DNA from: the human T2T-CHM13v2.0 reference genome, Homo sapiens
Direction: 5' to 3' (one strand)
Assembly: GCF_009914755.1 (NCBI RefSeq)
Contig: NC_060928.1
Length of the DNA stretch: 64,000 bases
The first letter of the stretch is position 1, and each line of letters opens with the position of its first letter. Positions 39,146 through 53,854 of the stretch are shown in pieces. Below the pieces are notes generated by a model. That model was given only the letters and a program-made list of their open reading frames with translations. It made no database searches and was not told where the DNA came from. A program made the translations under genes and the position numbers.

Positions 39146-41573
39146 AGAAGGTGACATCAGCAAGATGGCAGAATAGAAAGTCTCCTGGTTGATTCTTCCC
39201 AGAGTAACAATTATTTCACAATCATCCATAGACAAAAGTTCCTTTGTGGGAGTTTTGGGATTCAGGAAGGAGGTTGTGAAATCTTGGTGGATCCCAAGAC
39301 CTAGGAGGGCCATTTTGAGGGGGCAGACTCCTGCCTAGGTGGTAGACTTGTACTTCAACAAAATAAAGGCCACATGTGACAAGGCCACACCTAACATCAT
39401 ACTCAATGGTGAAAATTTGAAACATTTTTTTCTTAGATCAGGAAAAAGACAAGGGTACCCACTCTTAATACTTCTATTCAACATAGTTCTAACCAGAGAA
39501 ATTAGGCAAGAAAAAGAAATAAAAGGCACCAAAATCAGAAAGGAAGAAGTTATCATTGTCTGTTTGCAAATGAAATGATGTTATACAAAGAAAATCCTAA
39601 AGACTTTGACAAAAACTGTTAGAACTAATAAATGAATTCAGTAAAGCTGCAGGATACAAAATCAACACACAAAAATCAGTTGCATTTTTAGATGCTAACA
39701 ATAAGCTATATCAAAGAGAAGGTGAGAAAATAATCTCATTTATAGAAGCATGAAAAAGAATAAAATATTTAGGAATAATTTAAACAAGAAAAGCAAAGAA
39801 CTCTGCTTTGGGAATTATAAGACATCGATGAAGAAAATTGGGGAAGACACAACTAAATGAAAAGATATTCCGTGTGAGTGGATTGGAAATATTAATAGAC
39901 TTAAAATATCCACACTATCCAAAACAGCCTACAGATTAATTGCAATCCCAATCCAAATACCAGTGGCATTTTTCATGGAAAAAAAATTCTAAAATTTGTA
40001 TGGAATCACAAAATACACCAAATAATAAAAGCAATCTTGAGAATGAACAAAGGTGGAGGTATTGCACTACCTGATTTCAAACTATATTGCAAAGCTATGG
40101 TAATCAAAACAGTATAATACTGGGAGAAAGACAGGCATATAGGCCCATGGAATAGAGAGTTCAAATATAAACCACATGTATGTGATCAATTAACTCATCT
40201 TTGACAAGGACACCAAGAATACAAAATGGGGTGAAGAAATGCTCTTTCATAAATGGTATTATAAAAATTGGATATCCACATACAAAAGAATGAAATTGGA
40301 CCCTTGTCTTATATCGTATATAAAAATTAACACAAAACGGATTAAGGAATTAAATGTAAGATCTGAAACCATAAAATTTTGAGAAGAAACATATGGAAAA
40401 GTTCCCTGATATTAGTTTTGGCAATAATTTTTGGGATATGACACCAAAAGCACAGGCAAACAAACACAGGTAGGACTACATCAAACTAAAAAGCTTCTAC
40501 ACATCAAAAGAAACAGTCAACAAAATGAAAAAGCAACTTATGGAATGAGGAAAATATTTGTAAACTGTGAGCTGCGGTATCAGTGTGTCTCCTAAAGTTT
40601 GTATGTTGGAAACGTAATCCCCAGTGCACCTCTTAACAATGTTGAGAGGTGGGGACTAATGGAAAGTGTATAGATCATGAGGGATTTGCCCTCATGAATA
40701 GATTAATGTTATCAGAGGAGTAGATTGACTACAAAAGTGAGTTTTTTTTCTGATTTTCCTCCCCTACTCTTGTCTCTCTCACCCTTCTGCCTTCCACTAT
40801 GGAATGGTGCAATAAGAAGACCCTTACCAGATGCCAGCATGTTTATATTGGACTTTTCAGCCTCTAGAACTGTGAGAAATACATTTATTTTCTTCACAAA
40901 TTACCCAGTCTCTGGTATTATGTTATAGCAGCACAAAACAGACTAAGATTGAAAATTGGTGCAGAAATTGGTGCTGTTACTGTAACAAATAACCAAAGAA
41001 AATGGTAGTGGCTTTGAAACTGGGTAATAAATAAAGGCTGAAGTAATTTGGGAGAGCAGGCTAGGAAAAGCCTTGTTTGTTAAGAGTCATTCTGGTAAGA
41101 GCTCAGAAGGCAAGAGCTGTAGGGAAAGTCTGGAACCCCTTGGAGATCACTTATGTGATCATGATCAGAATGTTTGTTAGTAGAAATGTACTTAAATAGT
41201 CATCAGAGAAATGCAAATCAAAACCAAAGTGATACATCTTCCATCATCTAGGATAGTTATTATGAAAAAGACAAGAGATGATAAGTGTTGGTGATAGTGC
41301 AGAGAAAAGGGAACCCTTCTGCACTGTTGGTGTAAATGTAAATAAGTATAGCCATTACAAAACACAGTATCGAGTTTCCTCAAAAAATTAAAAATAGAAA
41401 TTCTATAGGATACAGCAGTCCCACTTCCTGGTATATATCTAAAGGAAATAAAATCAGTATCTCAAAGAGATACCTGCATGCCCATGTTCATTGCAGTGTT
41501 ATTCATAATAGCCAAGATATGGAAACAACCTGAGTGTCCATATGAATGAATGGATAAGAAAAATGTGATATAT
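39146..41573 (+). mobile_element. Old L1 (L1M/L1MA-like): 5'UTR start fused to ORF2 3' half, interrupted by an MST element
   Basis: CAAGATGGC YY1 motif 39161-39169; ORF2 remnant from ~39348 (ORF 39339..39578 [12 protein letters not shown]...RQGYPL). Confidence 0.8.
40570..41190 (+). mobile_element. MSTC-like LTR (to ~40949) plus start of MST-internal, 3'-deleted
   Basis: AAATTACCCAGTCTCTGGTATTATGTTATAGCAGCACAAAACAGACTAAGA followed by GAAAATTGGT...GTGGCTTTGAAACTGGG. Confidence 0.82.
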
Positions 41574-41973
41574 ACAATAACAAAGTCTTGGAACCAAGCC
41601 AAATGTCCAACAATCATAGCCTGGATTAAGAAAATGTGGCACATATACACCATGGAATACTATGCAGCCATAAAAAATGATGAGTTCATGTCCTTTGTAG
41701 GGACATGGATGAAGCTGGGAACCATCATTCTCAGCAAACTATCGCAAGGACAAAAAAACCAAACACCGCATGTTTTCACTCATAGGTGGGAATTGAACAA
41801 TGAGAACACATGGACCCAGGAAGGGGAACATCACACAATGGGGCCTGTTGTGGGGTGGGGGGAGGGGAGAGGGATAGCATTAGGAGATATACCTAATGTT
41901 AAACGATGAGTTAATGGGTGCAGCACACCAACATGGCACATGTATACATATGTACCTAACCTGCACGTTGTAC
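41574..41973 (+). mobile_element. L1PA4/L1PA5-like 3' fragment lacking poly(A)
   Basis: CTATCGCAAGGACAAAAAAACCAAACACCGC and G-rich 3'UTR; ends at CACGTTGTAC with no AATAAA or A-tail. Confidence 0.88.
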
Positions 41974-42099
41974 TAGGATTATATGTGATTATATATGATC
42001 ATTCAGCCAGTACTTTTAAAGATCTAAAGGCTTCCTTTGCCAAAAATAAACTGTAGTTCGTTGTATGTATTTTTGCAAATACTATGCATGACAATAGGT

Positions 42100-42330
42100 A
42101 GCACAGATTACTAATTAAGGGCAGGATTCTGGGACCAAATAACCTGTCTTCACCATTCACAGGTGGAATGACAGGCAAATTACTTAAATTCTGGGTCCTT
42201 TAATGTCCTTATCTAGGAAATAGAATTTGTAATAAATGTATTTACTTCAGAAGGTGTTATGAATTGATATTTATAAAGAAATTAGTGCTTAACACATTGA
42301 AGTACAAATATGTTACAGGTAATGTTTATT
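42100..42330 (+). mobile_element. MIR remnant
   Basis: GGCAAATTACTTAA...TCCTTATCT...TAAAGAAATTAG core. Confidence 0.55.
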
Positions 42331-42347
42331 AAAAATCTTAAAAACAT

Positions 42348-42795
42348 TGTGATAGATAACTTTATGTATCAATCTGACTGAGCCATGCTGCTCAGATATT
42401 TGCTAAAATGTTATTCTGGATGTTACTCATGTTAAATGTAAGATTTCCATTTTAGTCTGTGGACTTTGCATAAAGCAGATTGCCTTCCATAATGTAAACA
42501 GACCTAATCCAATCAGTTGAAGGCTTGAATAGAACAAACGATTGACCTCCACTGAGCAAGAGCAAGAGGGAATTCTGCCAGCAAACTGCTTTTGGACTTT
42601 AACTGGAGCATCAGTTCTTTCTTGGGTTTCCAGGCTGCTGGCCCAGCCTGCAGATTTTAGACTTGCCAGACTTCACAATCAATGTGAGCCAATTTTTTAA
42701 ATTTCTTAAAATAAAACTCTCTCTCATATATGTGTGTGTGTGTGCATGCACATTTTCTATTAGTCTTCTGTCTCTGCAGAGCTCTAACGAATACT
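42348..42795 (+). mobile_element. MLT2D-like (ERVL) solo LTR
   Basis: TGTGATAG start; AAAGCAGATTGCCTTCCATAATG; CCAATCAGTTGAAGGC; GTGAGCCAATT. Confidence 0.82.
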
Positions 42796-42951
42796 TCCAC
42801 TTTTTTTCATTATTTTCCTAATAAAGATGACGTACCTGATGACAGGAGGTTTAGCACTATTAAATCCAATACAGCATCTTAATTTTTTATTAGTTTAGAC
42901 CATGGCTCCAAGCTGTTGTGGTGGGACTTACATCTTTTCTATTGATAATAA

Positions 42952-43525
42952 TGTGGCAGAGCAACTATGAAGGTGGTATTATGATGCCTAACATATAGTG
43001 TCATATGTTATATAGGCACCCTTCCTCTGGAACGTGGGTGGGACCCATGACTTGCTCCTAACCAACTAAATACATAAAAGGTGGTAGGATGTGTGTGATT
43101 ATGTGCATGTGATTATTTTACATAAGCCCAAAGTGCCTGTCTATCGGCCTCTCTCTCTCCCTTGCTGTCTGTGAGAAAGCAAATGGCTACACAGGGGACT
43201 CTCACATAGTAAAGAACTACTGGTATCCTCTAGGAGGTAGTCTGCCCCAGCCAACAGCCAGCAAACACACTGAACCTCTCAGTCCTATAACTACATGGAA
43301 CTAAATGCTGCTAACAACCACATAAGAGAGGAAGCAGATTTTTACCCAGTTGAACCTCCAGATGAGAATCCAGTCCTGGCTGACACTTTGCAGCATGGCA
43401 GAGGACTCAGATAAATAAAGCATGCCTGGACTCCAGATCCACAGAAACTGAGAGATAATTAATGTGTGCTGTTTTAAGCTGCTAAATTTGTGATAATATT
43501 ATTGTATAGCAATAAATAATCAACA
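42952..43525 (+). mobile_element. MLT1E/F-like solo LTR
   Basis: TGTGGCAG start; CAGCCAACAGCCAGCAA; GTGTGCTGTTTTAAGCTGCTAAATTTGTG end. Confidence 0.8.
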
Positions 43526-44991
43526 TATTTATTATTATATAACTTCTATAAGAAATATTATGTAACTTTGGAATCATGGCATATTTACTTCATTTTACAT
43601 AATTCAAGTCATCTATATTTCTCAATGGCTTTAACTTATATTACTGGAGGATCCTTAAATCCTGGATTTCCTCTATGGCCCTTTCTGTAACGTATCTATA
43701 TCACTATACCTAAAAAATGAAATAAGTTAGAGGAAGAGGACATGAGGGAAGAGGAACAGGAGCATTAGGTGCTTTGTGTCCTGTGCCAGTTTCTATCATG
43801 CTACTTGTTACTTTGTGCTGAGTTTATCAGTTCCTAAATTTTTCCATAGGCTACAACGTGGTGGAGACCAGATGAGATATTGTAGCCATCTTTTTATCCT
43901 GAATTACCAAGAACATAGTAGGTATTTGTTTCATGCATGTAAATCAAATGGAAATATTTAATTCAGTTGAAAATGTTACATGAAGAATATTTGCTTACAC
44001 TTAATGCAGGGAACTAAAATATTTCAAACAGAAAAATGGAATTTTACCAAGAAGAGTTTGGACATTTGCTCTCCTTTTCATTGTCATAGTAACAATGTAC
44101 TTTTTAGGGTGTCCTTATAATATCCACCAGTTTTCCACTTTGCTGTCTTTAAAAATAGGAAAAAAGCACACTGATCATCCTTAAAGAAAAGGAAATAAAT
44201 AAGGTCATTATTAAATGTAATTTAAAATAATACAAGCAGTCATTTTAACTGGGTGTTATTACATCTACAAATAGTAAACAATATATAGTATATATAGTAT
44301 AATAGCATTTGTCTTAAAACACACAGGAAAATTCATGAAATCTCATAGGTGTTAACCACTCAACATGATGATTTTGAGAGTTTGTGACTTCATTTCTGTA
44401 GGAAGCCATGGTAACTTAGCCACTAGACTTCCTTTCTGATAGTGTCACAAACTTCAGATTATATGTAGATCTCAAGCACCCTTTTCATAATATCCTGCCT
44501 TACTCATTGTGCCAGACCACTACAGCTGTTCTCTTCAGAAGGATGTGTCCACAAAAATTACATTAATTAATGTTAATATGTTTATTACATCTAATTTGCT
44601 GTGTATCTGATTTAAAAGGCCATTTTTCATTTTAATAACATACATAAGATCAGGAAGAAGTAAACTTAATACAAGTAATAAAATGACTTATCATTTTACT
44701 TTAAAATGATAAAAAAACAGAACTTTCCATATGTAGAGTGAAGGAAGGAGATGGAGGTTTGTGAAGTAAGTGTAAGTACATATACATGTGCTCATATGGA
44801 TATATTATATGTATAATACACAGAGACACACACACATTTATGCACACACATATAAGCTGTATATACAGACATGTAACTACATACATATAAGTGCAATACA
44901 TGACATATATGCACATAAAATAATAAACATGTAAATTAGTAGTATGAGACTAACAAATTAAGCATAATCCACATAACAATTATCCACCTCA

Positions 44992-45375
<384 letters not shown>

Positions 45376-46600
45376 TTATAATGACAAGTATGTCTTTTCA
45401 ATAACTTTGTCTCAGATTCATTACCTAAGCAACATAGGGGAGAGAGGAGGCACTATATGCTAAAAAGCCCAAAGATTATGAAGCCAGGGATAGTGCATTT
45501 GACCTTGTGCAAGTTTCACAATTGCCTCATTATATAAAGTATGAATGATGATGATTATTGCCTTCTAGCATTAGTTATTATAAGGATTAACTGAAAAAAA
45601 CGTTTATATAGTGATCAAAGGATGTTATTCCTTCCGAATTTGAGATTAAGGAACAAACATATTAAGAGTTATTTGAGAGTAAATCATAATCTTTGATATC
45701 GCTGTGGTTTTAGTTTAATGCCAGTTTTAATATAGATGGAAAAGAGAGATGCCTACGTGATGTGATTTTAACCAAAAATTCTTATCCATGATTTGCAAAA
45801 ATAGCAATGATAATACGTGAAATTATTATATTATTTACTTTCTTGGTTTCAAGACCATATAGACTCTAATAAATTGATAATTCTTTACATTTGTTTTCTG
45901 CCTTAAAATTTACAAGATTTTTTGCATACATTATTTACTTTAAGCTTTAGTCAAACCTATGACTTAGGCATATTAAAGATAATTATTTCATACTTGTAAG
46001 CCTGGGCCATGTCAGAACTGAGATATGAACACAATGCTTTTAACCCCAATGGGCATAAGCCGTGGTCTTTCCAGCTAGCTGTGGCTGAGTGAAAATTGTA
46101 TCTAGAAAGATTTTCTTCCATGAAGAATATGAGGCAAATTAAATCAGTTCCTATCTTCAAAAATATATCCCATGGTAAGTGGACACAGAGAAAGTTGTGA
46201 TGGGAAACTGCATCAAGAAAATTTCACATTATGAGGCCAAAGTCTAGAGGGAAATGTGAATTGAAATGTTGATTACAACATACTATGCTATCATTAGATT
46301 TCCTAGAGCTGAGAGGAGACTAAAGGAGACAAAGTAGATAAAAAGTGTCACTAAGGAACACTTAAAGATACTCTGTGATCTAATCCTAATCCAAACTCAT
46401 GTTTCTCTTGTCTGACTTGCATTTTGTAATTTAATTATTAATTCAATCATTCATTCAACCAACATTTACTATGAATCAGGCACTGCTCTAGGTACTTGGC
46501 ACCCAACGGTAACCAAAATGATGAGGAGTCCTACTCCCCATGAAAGTGAAATTGTAGTGGGAAATATTTAAAAAGCTTATGGACCTCCCACAAACTATAA

Positions 46601-46940
<340 letters not shown>

Positions 46941-49900
46941 TCTTCCTAATCTTTAATATTCTGTTTAATTCTCACATTTTTCAGTTTTTCAAAGTCTTCT
47001 TGAATCTTGCAGTCTCATCATGGCCTCATATCTTATGTGCCTATATATGCCTCTACTATTACATTTAACATATTTCTTTACCTTTTTTACTGTTCTTACT
47101 TAAGGACAGGACTGAGTCTGCTTTGTATGCATATCCATGGCAATCCAAGGCCTTACACACATGCATAATATAGGTTTGTTGAATGAAATAATAAATTTCA
47201 TTTGCAAATATATCCAAGAGTTAATTTGACTTTTTCAACATGTTTATCTGTTTTGCTGATTGAATTTTGGTAAATGTTCAGCTCAATTTTTTGGTCCGTG
47301 AGTCTTCATTGATCAAATGCCTAGACAGCTGCCAAATGTCTACATCAACATGAAACCCTATAGACTTATTTTTTCCTATTTGTAAAGACTCTTAAAATAG
47401 ACAAATACATATATAAAACAATTATGTTAAGATAAACATAAGAAACCATGATATTCACAATTAACATAAGTAGTACTAAATAACTGTTCTATCTATACCT
47501 TTAAATTCCCTGTGCCATGATAGTAAGACAACTGTTTGTGAATTATATATACTTACATATATGCACATACACATTATACACACCCATACAAATTATATAT
47601 GCATATAGACACACACACAGAGAACTAATGAATGACATTTTTACTACCATTTTCAAAAACTTTGAGCAGCACATTAGCTGAAAGATAATAAAGAACAAAT
47701 TCCAAACCCATTAGGGAGAAAAATTACCCATGGAGCTGGAGTAGATCTGATATATCCAACAAAATTGGGGAAGGCAACTTGAATTATGATCCGGAAGACT
47801 GACAGAGTGATTGATAGACTTCTGTGAACCCATGGGGCTCGTAGAGGATTTCTTCGTTCTCTGTCTGGAGTCAGAGAACAGTACCTTAACAGTACCATGC
47901 TACTTAAAACTATACATACAAAGAAATATGATGAGTATTTAAAAATATCTTTATAGTTTATCCTTTTAGGAGAGTCTACATTTGTCAGAGTCTATATTTT
48001 TTCAGTTGTCACAATAGCAGCACCCCTTTTGTTTTCCTTTTATGCTATTTTTTAAAGTTTGATAAAATATCCACCTTTTCAGATCATTTATTCTTTGGAC
48101 TGACTGCCTTAGGAATCCTGTAGTTCTTCAAAATGATAGCCAGAAAGTTTGAAATATGTCCCTCTTCTCAGGTGTAAGAAGCATAGTTATCATAATGGCT
48201 GACTGTTAACACAGATGACATCATTTTAACATCATAATGGAACTGAGAATTCTTAGTTCTGTCAAACACAAAAGAGATGTTGGAAAGTTCATAATTTGTA
48301 GCAGGCCCAAATGGATAAAACCAAACACATTAAAAACCTTATACTGAGAATAGGGTGTCTTCAAACAATGGAAAGCAAGTTTTGCTTAGGAATTGTCTGC
48401 TGGTGAGCGTGGAAACTATCAGCATTGTTAACTTTTCAAAGGCAGCAACACAGGGCTTGCCTCACCATTCCTGCTATAAAGGCAATTCCTGCAGCATGTT
48501 TACCCCTTTCTACCAATCAGTTTCAAGATATATAACTCATCCTCCCGTAAACTCTACTAGATAAAGTTAGGGTCTCACTCAATGTTACATATAAAGTTAA
48601 TGATAAAATACAAACCAAAACGGTGAGGACTCAGTAAATGCTGTCCTTCCCTCTGCCGTCTATAAAAATATTAGTACAGTAAATTTTTCAGTAGCATCCA
48701 TGTCAGCATTCCACTACATAGCATGGGCAGAGAGTCAGGACAAGTATTGTTAAGTAGAATAGGATCCTGTTCCTGATATGTGTTAAATCCATGCTGAAAA
48801 AAATCTATGTATAGTCACTGTATTCACACACAGGTATTGCAAGTATTAATGTAAAAATCTATATATAATTACATGTCGATGCTATGATTACTCTCTTCAA
48901 CATATATTTAAGCTTATTCTAAGAAATTAGCCTTTTATTTTAATATTAAGATTAAATATTATTAATTTAATGAATTATTAATTTTTATCATGAATTAATT
49001 TGAGTAATCTCATATTTTCAAATATGATCTTTAATTCATTTATTTGAACAAAGGTTTATTTATGTCAAAACTTTTTATTTATGCAGCTACTTTCAACTTT
49101 CAAACTAATTGCACATTTTTTCATTTGATGTTTACAACATACCAGTAGAAGGGAAAGGTAGTATTAGTCTTACTAAGACTAATAGAAGAAGAGAAGGAGA
49201 TTGAAATTAGTATGAACAAATGTGTGTATTGGTTCTAAGGTAGGAAACAGTTATTTTTGCAACAAAATTAATTTGCCAAATATTTATGTTCAAGTAGTTC
49301 ATCAAATAATTTTTATGTATAAACATTTATGATTAATTACTATAGTACTGAGTGTGAGTCAGACAGGTGAATTTTGGATCTTTCCAGAGGCATTTTTCTA
49401 AATGGATATGCAGTATTATTGTTGTTGTAATCAGCAATATTTTTTTTTTCCTGTAGCATCAGTCTTTTTCCTTCAGTTTCTTTGTGGTCTTAAGATAACA
49501 CAGCATCCATCTTGAGTAAGGATGCAGTCATTGCAAATTCCATGGAGAAGATGTCAACTGTGGACAAATAAACACTACTGCTGTGTTTTATCTGGCTTCT
49601 CTTAGAGATAAGCACTCTGAGGTCAAGATAAGTTTTTATGGTCCTGTGCTGTTTATTAATTGCTTTAAATTATGATAAGAGGTCAAAACACAAGGGTCCT
49701 TCTAATTTATTTCATAATTATTATATGTGTATATGTCTGTGTGTATGTGTGCATGTGTATTATGTCTCAGAGGAAAAAGGTGAAAAATATGTATAATGTA
49801 TAATGAATTTAGAGACAAGAAATGTGAGAGGAGACATGATGTTCTGACAGCCAGAGAAGTATTGAAGTATGGTGTTAGCCCTATTGGAGGCTGTCTGTCA

Positions 49901-50689
49901 GCTTGAAGAGGAAAAATCCTTGAAACTATTTTGTTCACAGCCTTGAACAAATCTGCAATGTAAGATTAATTTTTATTTGCATAAAGATCCCATTACTCAT
50001 ATAATTACTGATTATTTTGTCCTCTAAAGTTCTACATGTCTTTTTAAGGAGCAAATTGGCTTGGTTGTCTTCAAATATTTAACTAACAGAATACAGTTTG
50101 TTCACCCTAATATATTTTCATGCCATTTTTGTGCTACTGTCAACATTATTAAATTCATAATTTTGTTTTCATGCTTGGGCTACATTATATCCCCAATTCT
50201 CAAAAATGAACTCACAACTAAAATGGGGTTCATTGAAGCATAAAAAGTGATGAATTTAAGAGTAACATAGATAGTGCAACCCAAAATAACATCATAAACA
50301 AAGAGTGAACTGGTCTCCAGTGGTAAATATGAGATGCAAATCTGTATATGCAGGGAAAAATAAACCTGCAAGTGTCATGATTTCACAGATGTGGCAAGAA
50401 AAGAAAAGTGCAAATAGGTAGTATGTTTATGAATATCCAAAAAATTTGAATTATATTTGACTGAAAATTCATTTACCACTCTTCCCCAGTTCATTTTGAG
50501 TTATAAAGCCTTGCCAAACAGAGGAATAAACATCTGTCAGAACTACTACTTGAAGTATAGATTAGTGTGTTTCTTCTGATTCCTTGTGAAGTCTCTGGCC
50601 TGTACTCTGAGCATTTTCCCCACTCCTGGACCACATGAGTAAGGGTAATCATCCATTTCAGAATCATGAACAAAAAATCTAAGCTCATT

Positions 50690-50800
50690 CTGGAAGGGAA
50701 GAAAAGAAAGAAAAAGGGAAGAAATGGTGAGGAAGATGAAAGAAGGGAAGGAAAAGACAGAGAAGGAAAAGAGAAAGAAAGGAGGCAGAAAATGAAGGGC
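50690..50800. repeat. GA-rich low-complexity tract
   Basis: Direct. Confidence 0.8.
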
Positions 50801-52455
50801 TCAAAAGTCCCTTATTTTGTCTGAGGAGTAAGGAGTAAGAAGAAAATACTTTTGCTTTTAGGCACCAGAAGCCTGCATCAATCTGGATTAATTACTGAGC
50901 TTCGTTTTTGTTTCCCATTGTGAGGCCCACGAACATGTTAACTATAGCCCTTTGATTTGGACACCTGGTTGCAGTAAAACTGTTTTGTAACCTAGACATT
51001 CTGCCTTAGTTTTGCCCACATCCCAGTGACTCATCATTTTACAATCTGAGACACTTTTACACCCCTACAAGAGAGGAGAACTTAGATGCCATGTCGTTCT
51101 GGTGGGGTGGTGGTGATAGTGGTGGTGGTGATACTCTCTCATCGCAGGGATGGAGGTGGGGAGAACTGGAAAGAAAAAGTTGGAAACTCATTTGACCTGC
51201 GACATCTGTGAACATAGGATCCCTGCTTTAAAGCCATTGGTATTTTTATTCTGGTACACTAAGAAAGGATTTTTAAAATAACATGCATAAAATAATTTTC
51301 TTTCAGTAAATTGATTAATTTTGTTGCCAGTGGTATAGAAGAGAACAAAGTAGGAGAAGCATGGAAAGTTTCATTCAATAGCAAAAACTCCTGATGAAAA
51401 TGTAAAACCAATGGTAAAATTAATAATAAACATTATGCTTAAAGAGAAAGCAGAAGAAGCTATTGTCAAAAATCTTTTTTATTGAATGATATTCTAAGAT
51501 GATGTGTAATATTAATCGCATATTCAAGGAAGAAGAATATTTACTATGTTGTAGGTGCCTGCAGTTATTTTGCTTGACAGTTGAATGAAATTGAAGTACA
51601 AACTGAATAAACTCTCAGATTATACACAGTGCACATATGAGGGCATCATAGTTGATGACTTTTTGTTCTGCTTATCAATGAGGAATCAGTACCGCAGTTA
51701 AGAGATTTTTTTATTTGGTTACCATTTATTTTGTGCTGTGGTCTTGAAAGAAGGATTAGAAGGAAAGGAAGGGATTGTGTGAATGGAGTTGAGAGCACTT
51801 GAGTACAAATTTACATTCTACTTTATTCATAGCGAATATTTTGTGGACATTCATATGCTTTCTGACTTTATGTATCAAGAAATAGTAAAAATGTTAATTC
51901 AGTCCCATTGCGACTACTTAATCTGTCACTTACTAAAAAGTGGGCCGTGAGTTCAAAAATTTGCTTTGCCAAGTTAGTAGATCTTCTCTGTCCTGGGTAA
52001 GTACCTGTATGACTATTTGAAATTGTTGTTGATATTAACAGACTATATTCAATATTGTCCCTCAAGAACATTCACATATTTCAAGTAATTTCCCCAGTAG
52101 GATATCAACTGTATAGATTCTATATGTTAAATTACTTAAGCCTATCTTTCAGGGATGAAATAAATTATTCAATGTTGAGGATTAGATAATAAAATTTCTT
52201 AAATAGATTGTGTAGCAAATTCTTTACCTTTGATACTCAGATTAGTTTCCTACCAACTGGTTATACTTTTTAGTTGCTGAAGGAATATGCCAATGAGATA
52301 ATGTCATGTAAAAAAAAAAATCACATTAAAACACATAGGAAAATATGCAAAATTCTAGAAATGAGTCTGACAAAACATGGATTAGAATTTCACTTATTGT
52401 TCTTCAAAGATACAGGATTCATACCTATTTCTCTCTTATCTTCAAAATTCATTTA

Positions 52456-52765
<310 letters not shown>

Positions 52766-53196
52766 GAAATTTAGCAAGCGAATTATTTTTAAAATGGATA
52801 AGTCTCTTGGTTAATTTTATTTAGCCAATTATTGGATATGGGAGTACTTTTAATGTCCAACATCTTATCCATTAACTTCCTGTCTTATTTGATTCTGTAC
52901 TTCTTAAAGCCGAATAGCAGGGTGGAAGAGCAATTGAACAACAGGAAATCCCCACTCCCAGCCATTAATGCAATAGGTGACATAGTTATATGTAGCATCA
53001 ATAACTGCCTTTGAACCAAACCCCAGGACTTCTGAATTCATACTGAGTGCTATTCAATTTGTTGCTGGTGTGATAGCAGATAAAGAAAGAAATTGATAAG
53101 AGTTTGGAATTTTTATAGCAAATTAACAAACTACTGTATACAAGCATGTGATCAATGGACTGATCTAACTGAACAATTTAGACCAGTTTTGGTGTA

Positions 53197-53530
53197 CAGT
53201 CTACCCTCCATATCTGTGACTTCTGCATCTATGGATTCAACCAAAATTGAAAAGAATATATTTAGGAAAGAAATTGCATCTGTACTGTACATGTACAGAC
53301 TTTCTTTTTCTTGTGATTGTTGCCTACATAATACAGGATAACAACTATTTACATAGCATTTGCATGGTATTAGGTAATATAAGAAATCTAGACATAATTT
53401 ATATAGGAGAATGTACATAGATTATCTGCAAATATTATGTCACTTTATATCAGAAACCTGAGCATCTGCAGATTTTGTTATTGAAAAGAGGTGCTGGAAC
53501 TAATTGCACATGGATACTCAGCAACAGCTA
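53197..53530. mobile_element. MER2 (Tigger-family MITE)
   Basis: CAGTCTACCCTCCATATC / GGATACTCAGCAACAGCTA degenerate TIRs; TA TSDs; TCTGTACTGTACATGTACAGA core. Confidence 0.85.
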
Positions 53531-53854
53531 TAGTTCATCTTGTGGGGTAAGAGACTTACGTGCAGTAGAATCATAATACAACACGCATTTTAGTTTGCAA
53601 AGTATTAATATAACTCAAAAGGATATACAAATCAGAGAAAAAGTGTCATTTGTTTATCTTCAATACTTTGCTATTTCTACATCATTTTATGTTTTAGTTA
53701 AGCCTGGTTATAAATCAATAATTTAATAGTATTAGGTAAAATAAGGAAGTGACATTTGTATTATGTATTTTGAGTTTTAATTTACAGGTAATTAAACATT
53801 CTTCTCTGAACTACTTTTTCATTAAAAGTTTAAACTTCTCTAAATACTTCAGAA

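Noticed and set aside
47674-47898. Slightly GC-richer unique segment with a 74-aa ORF
   Set aside because: No recognisable protein motif or convincing splice-site pair
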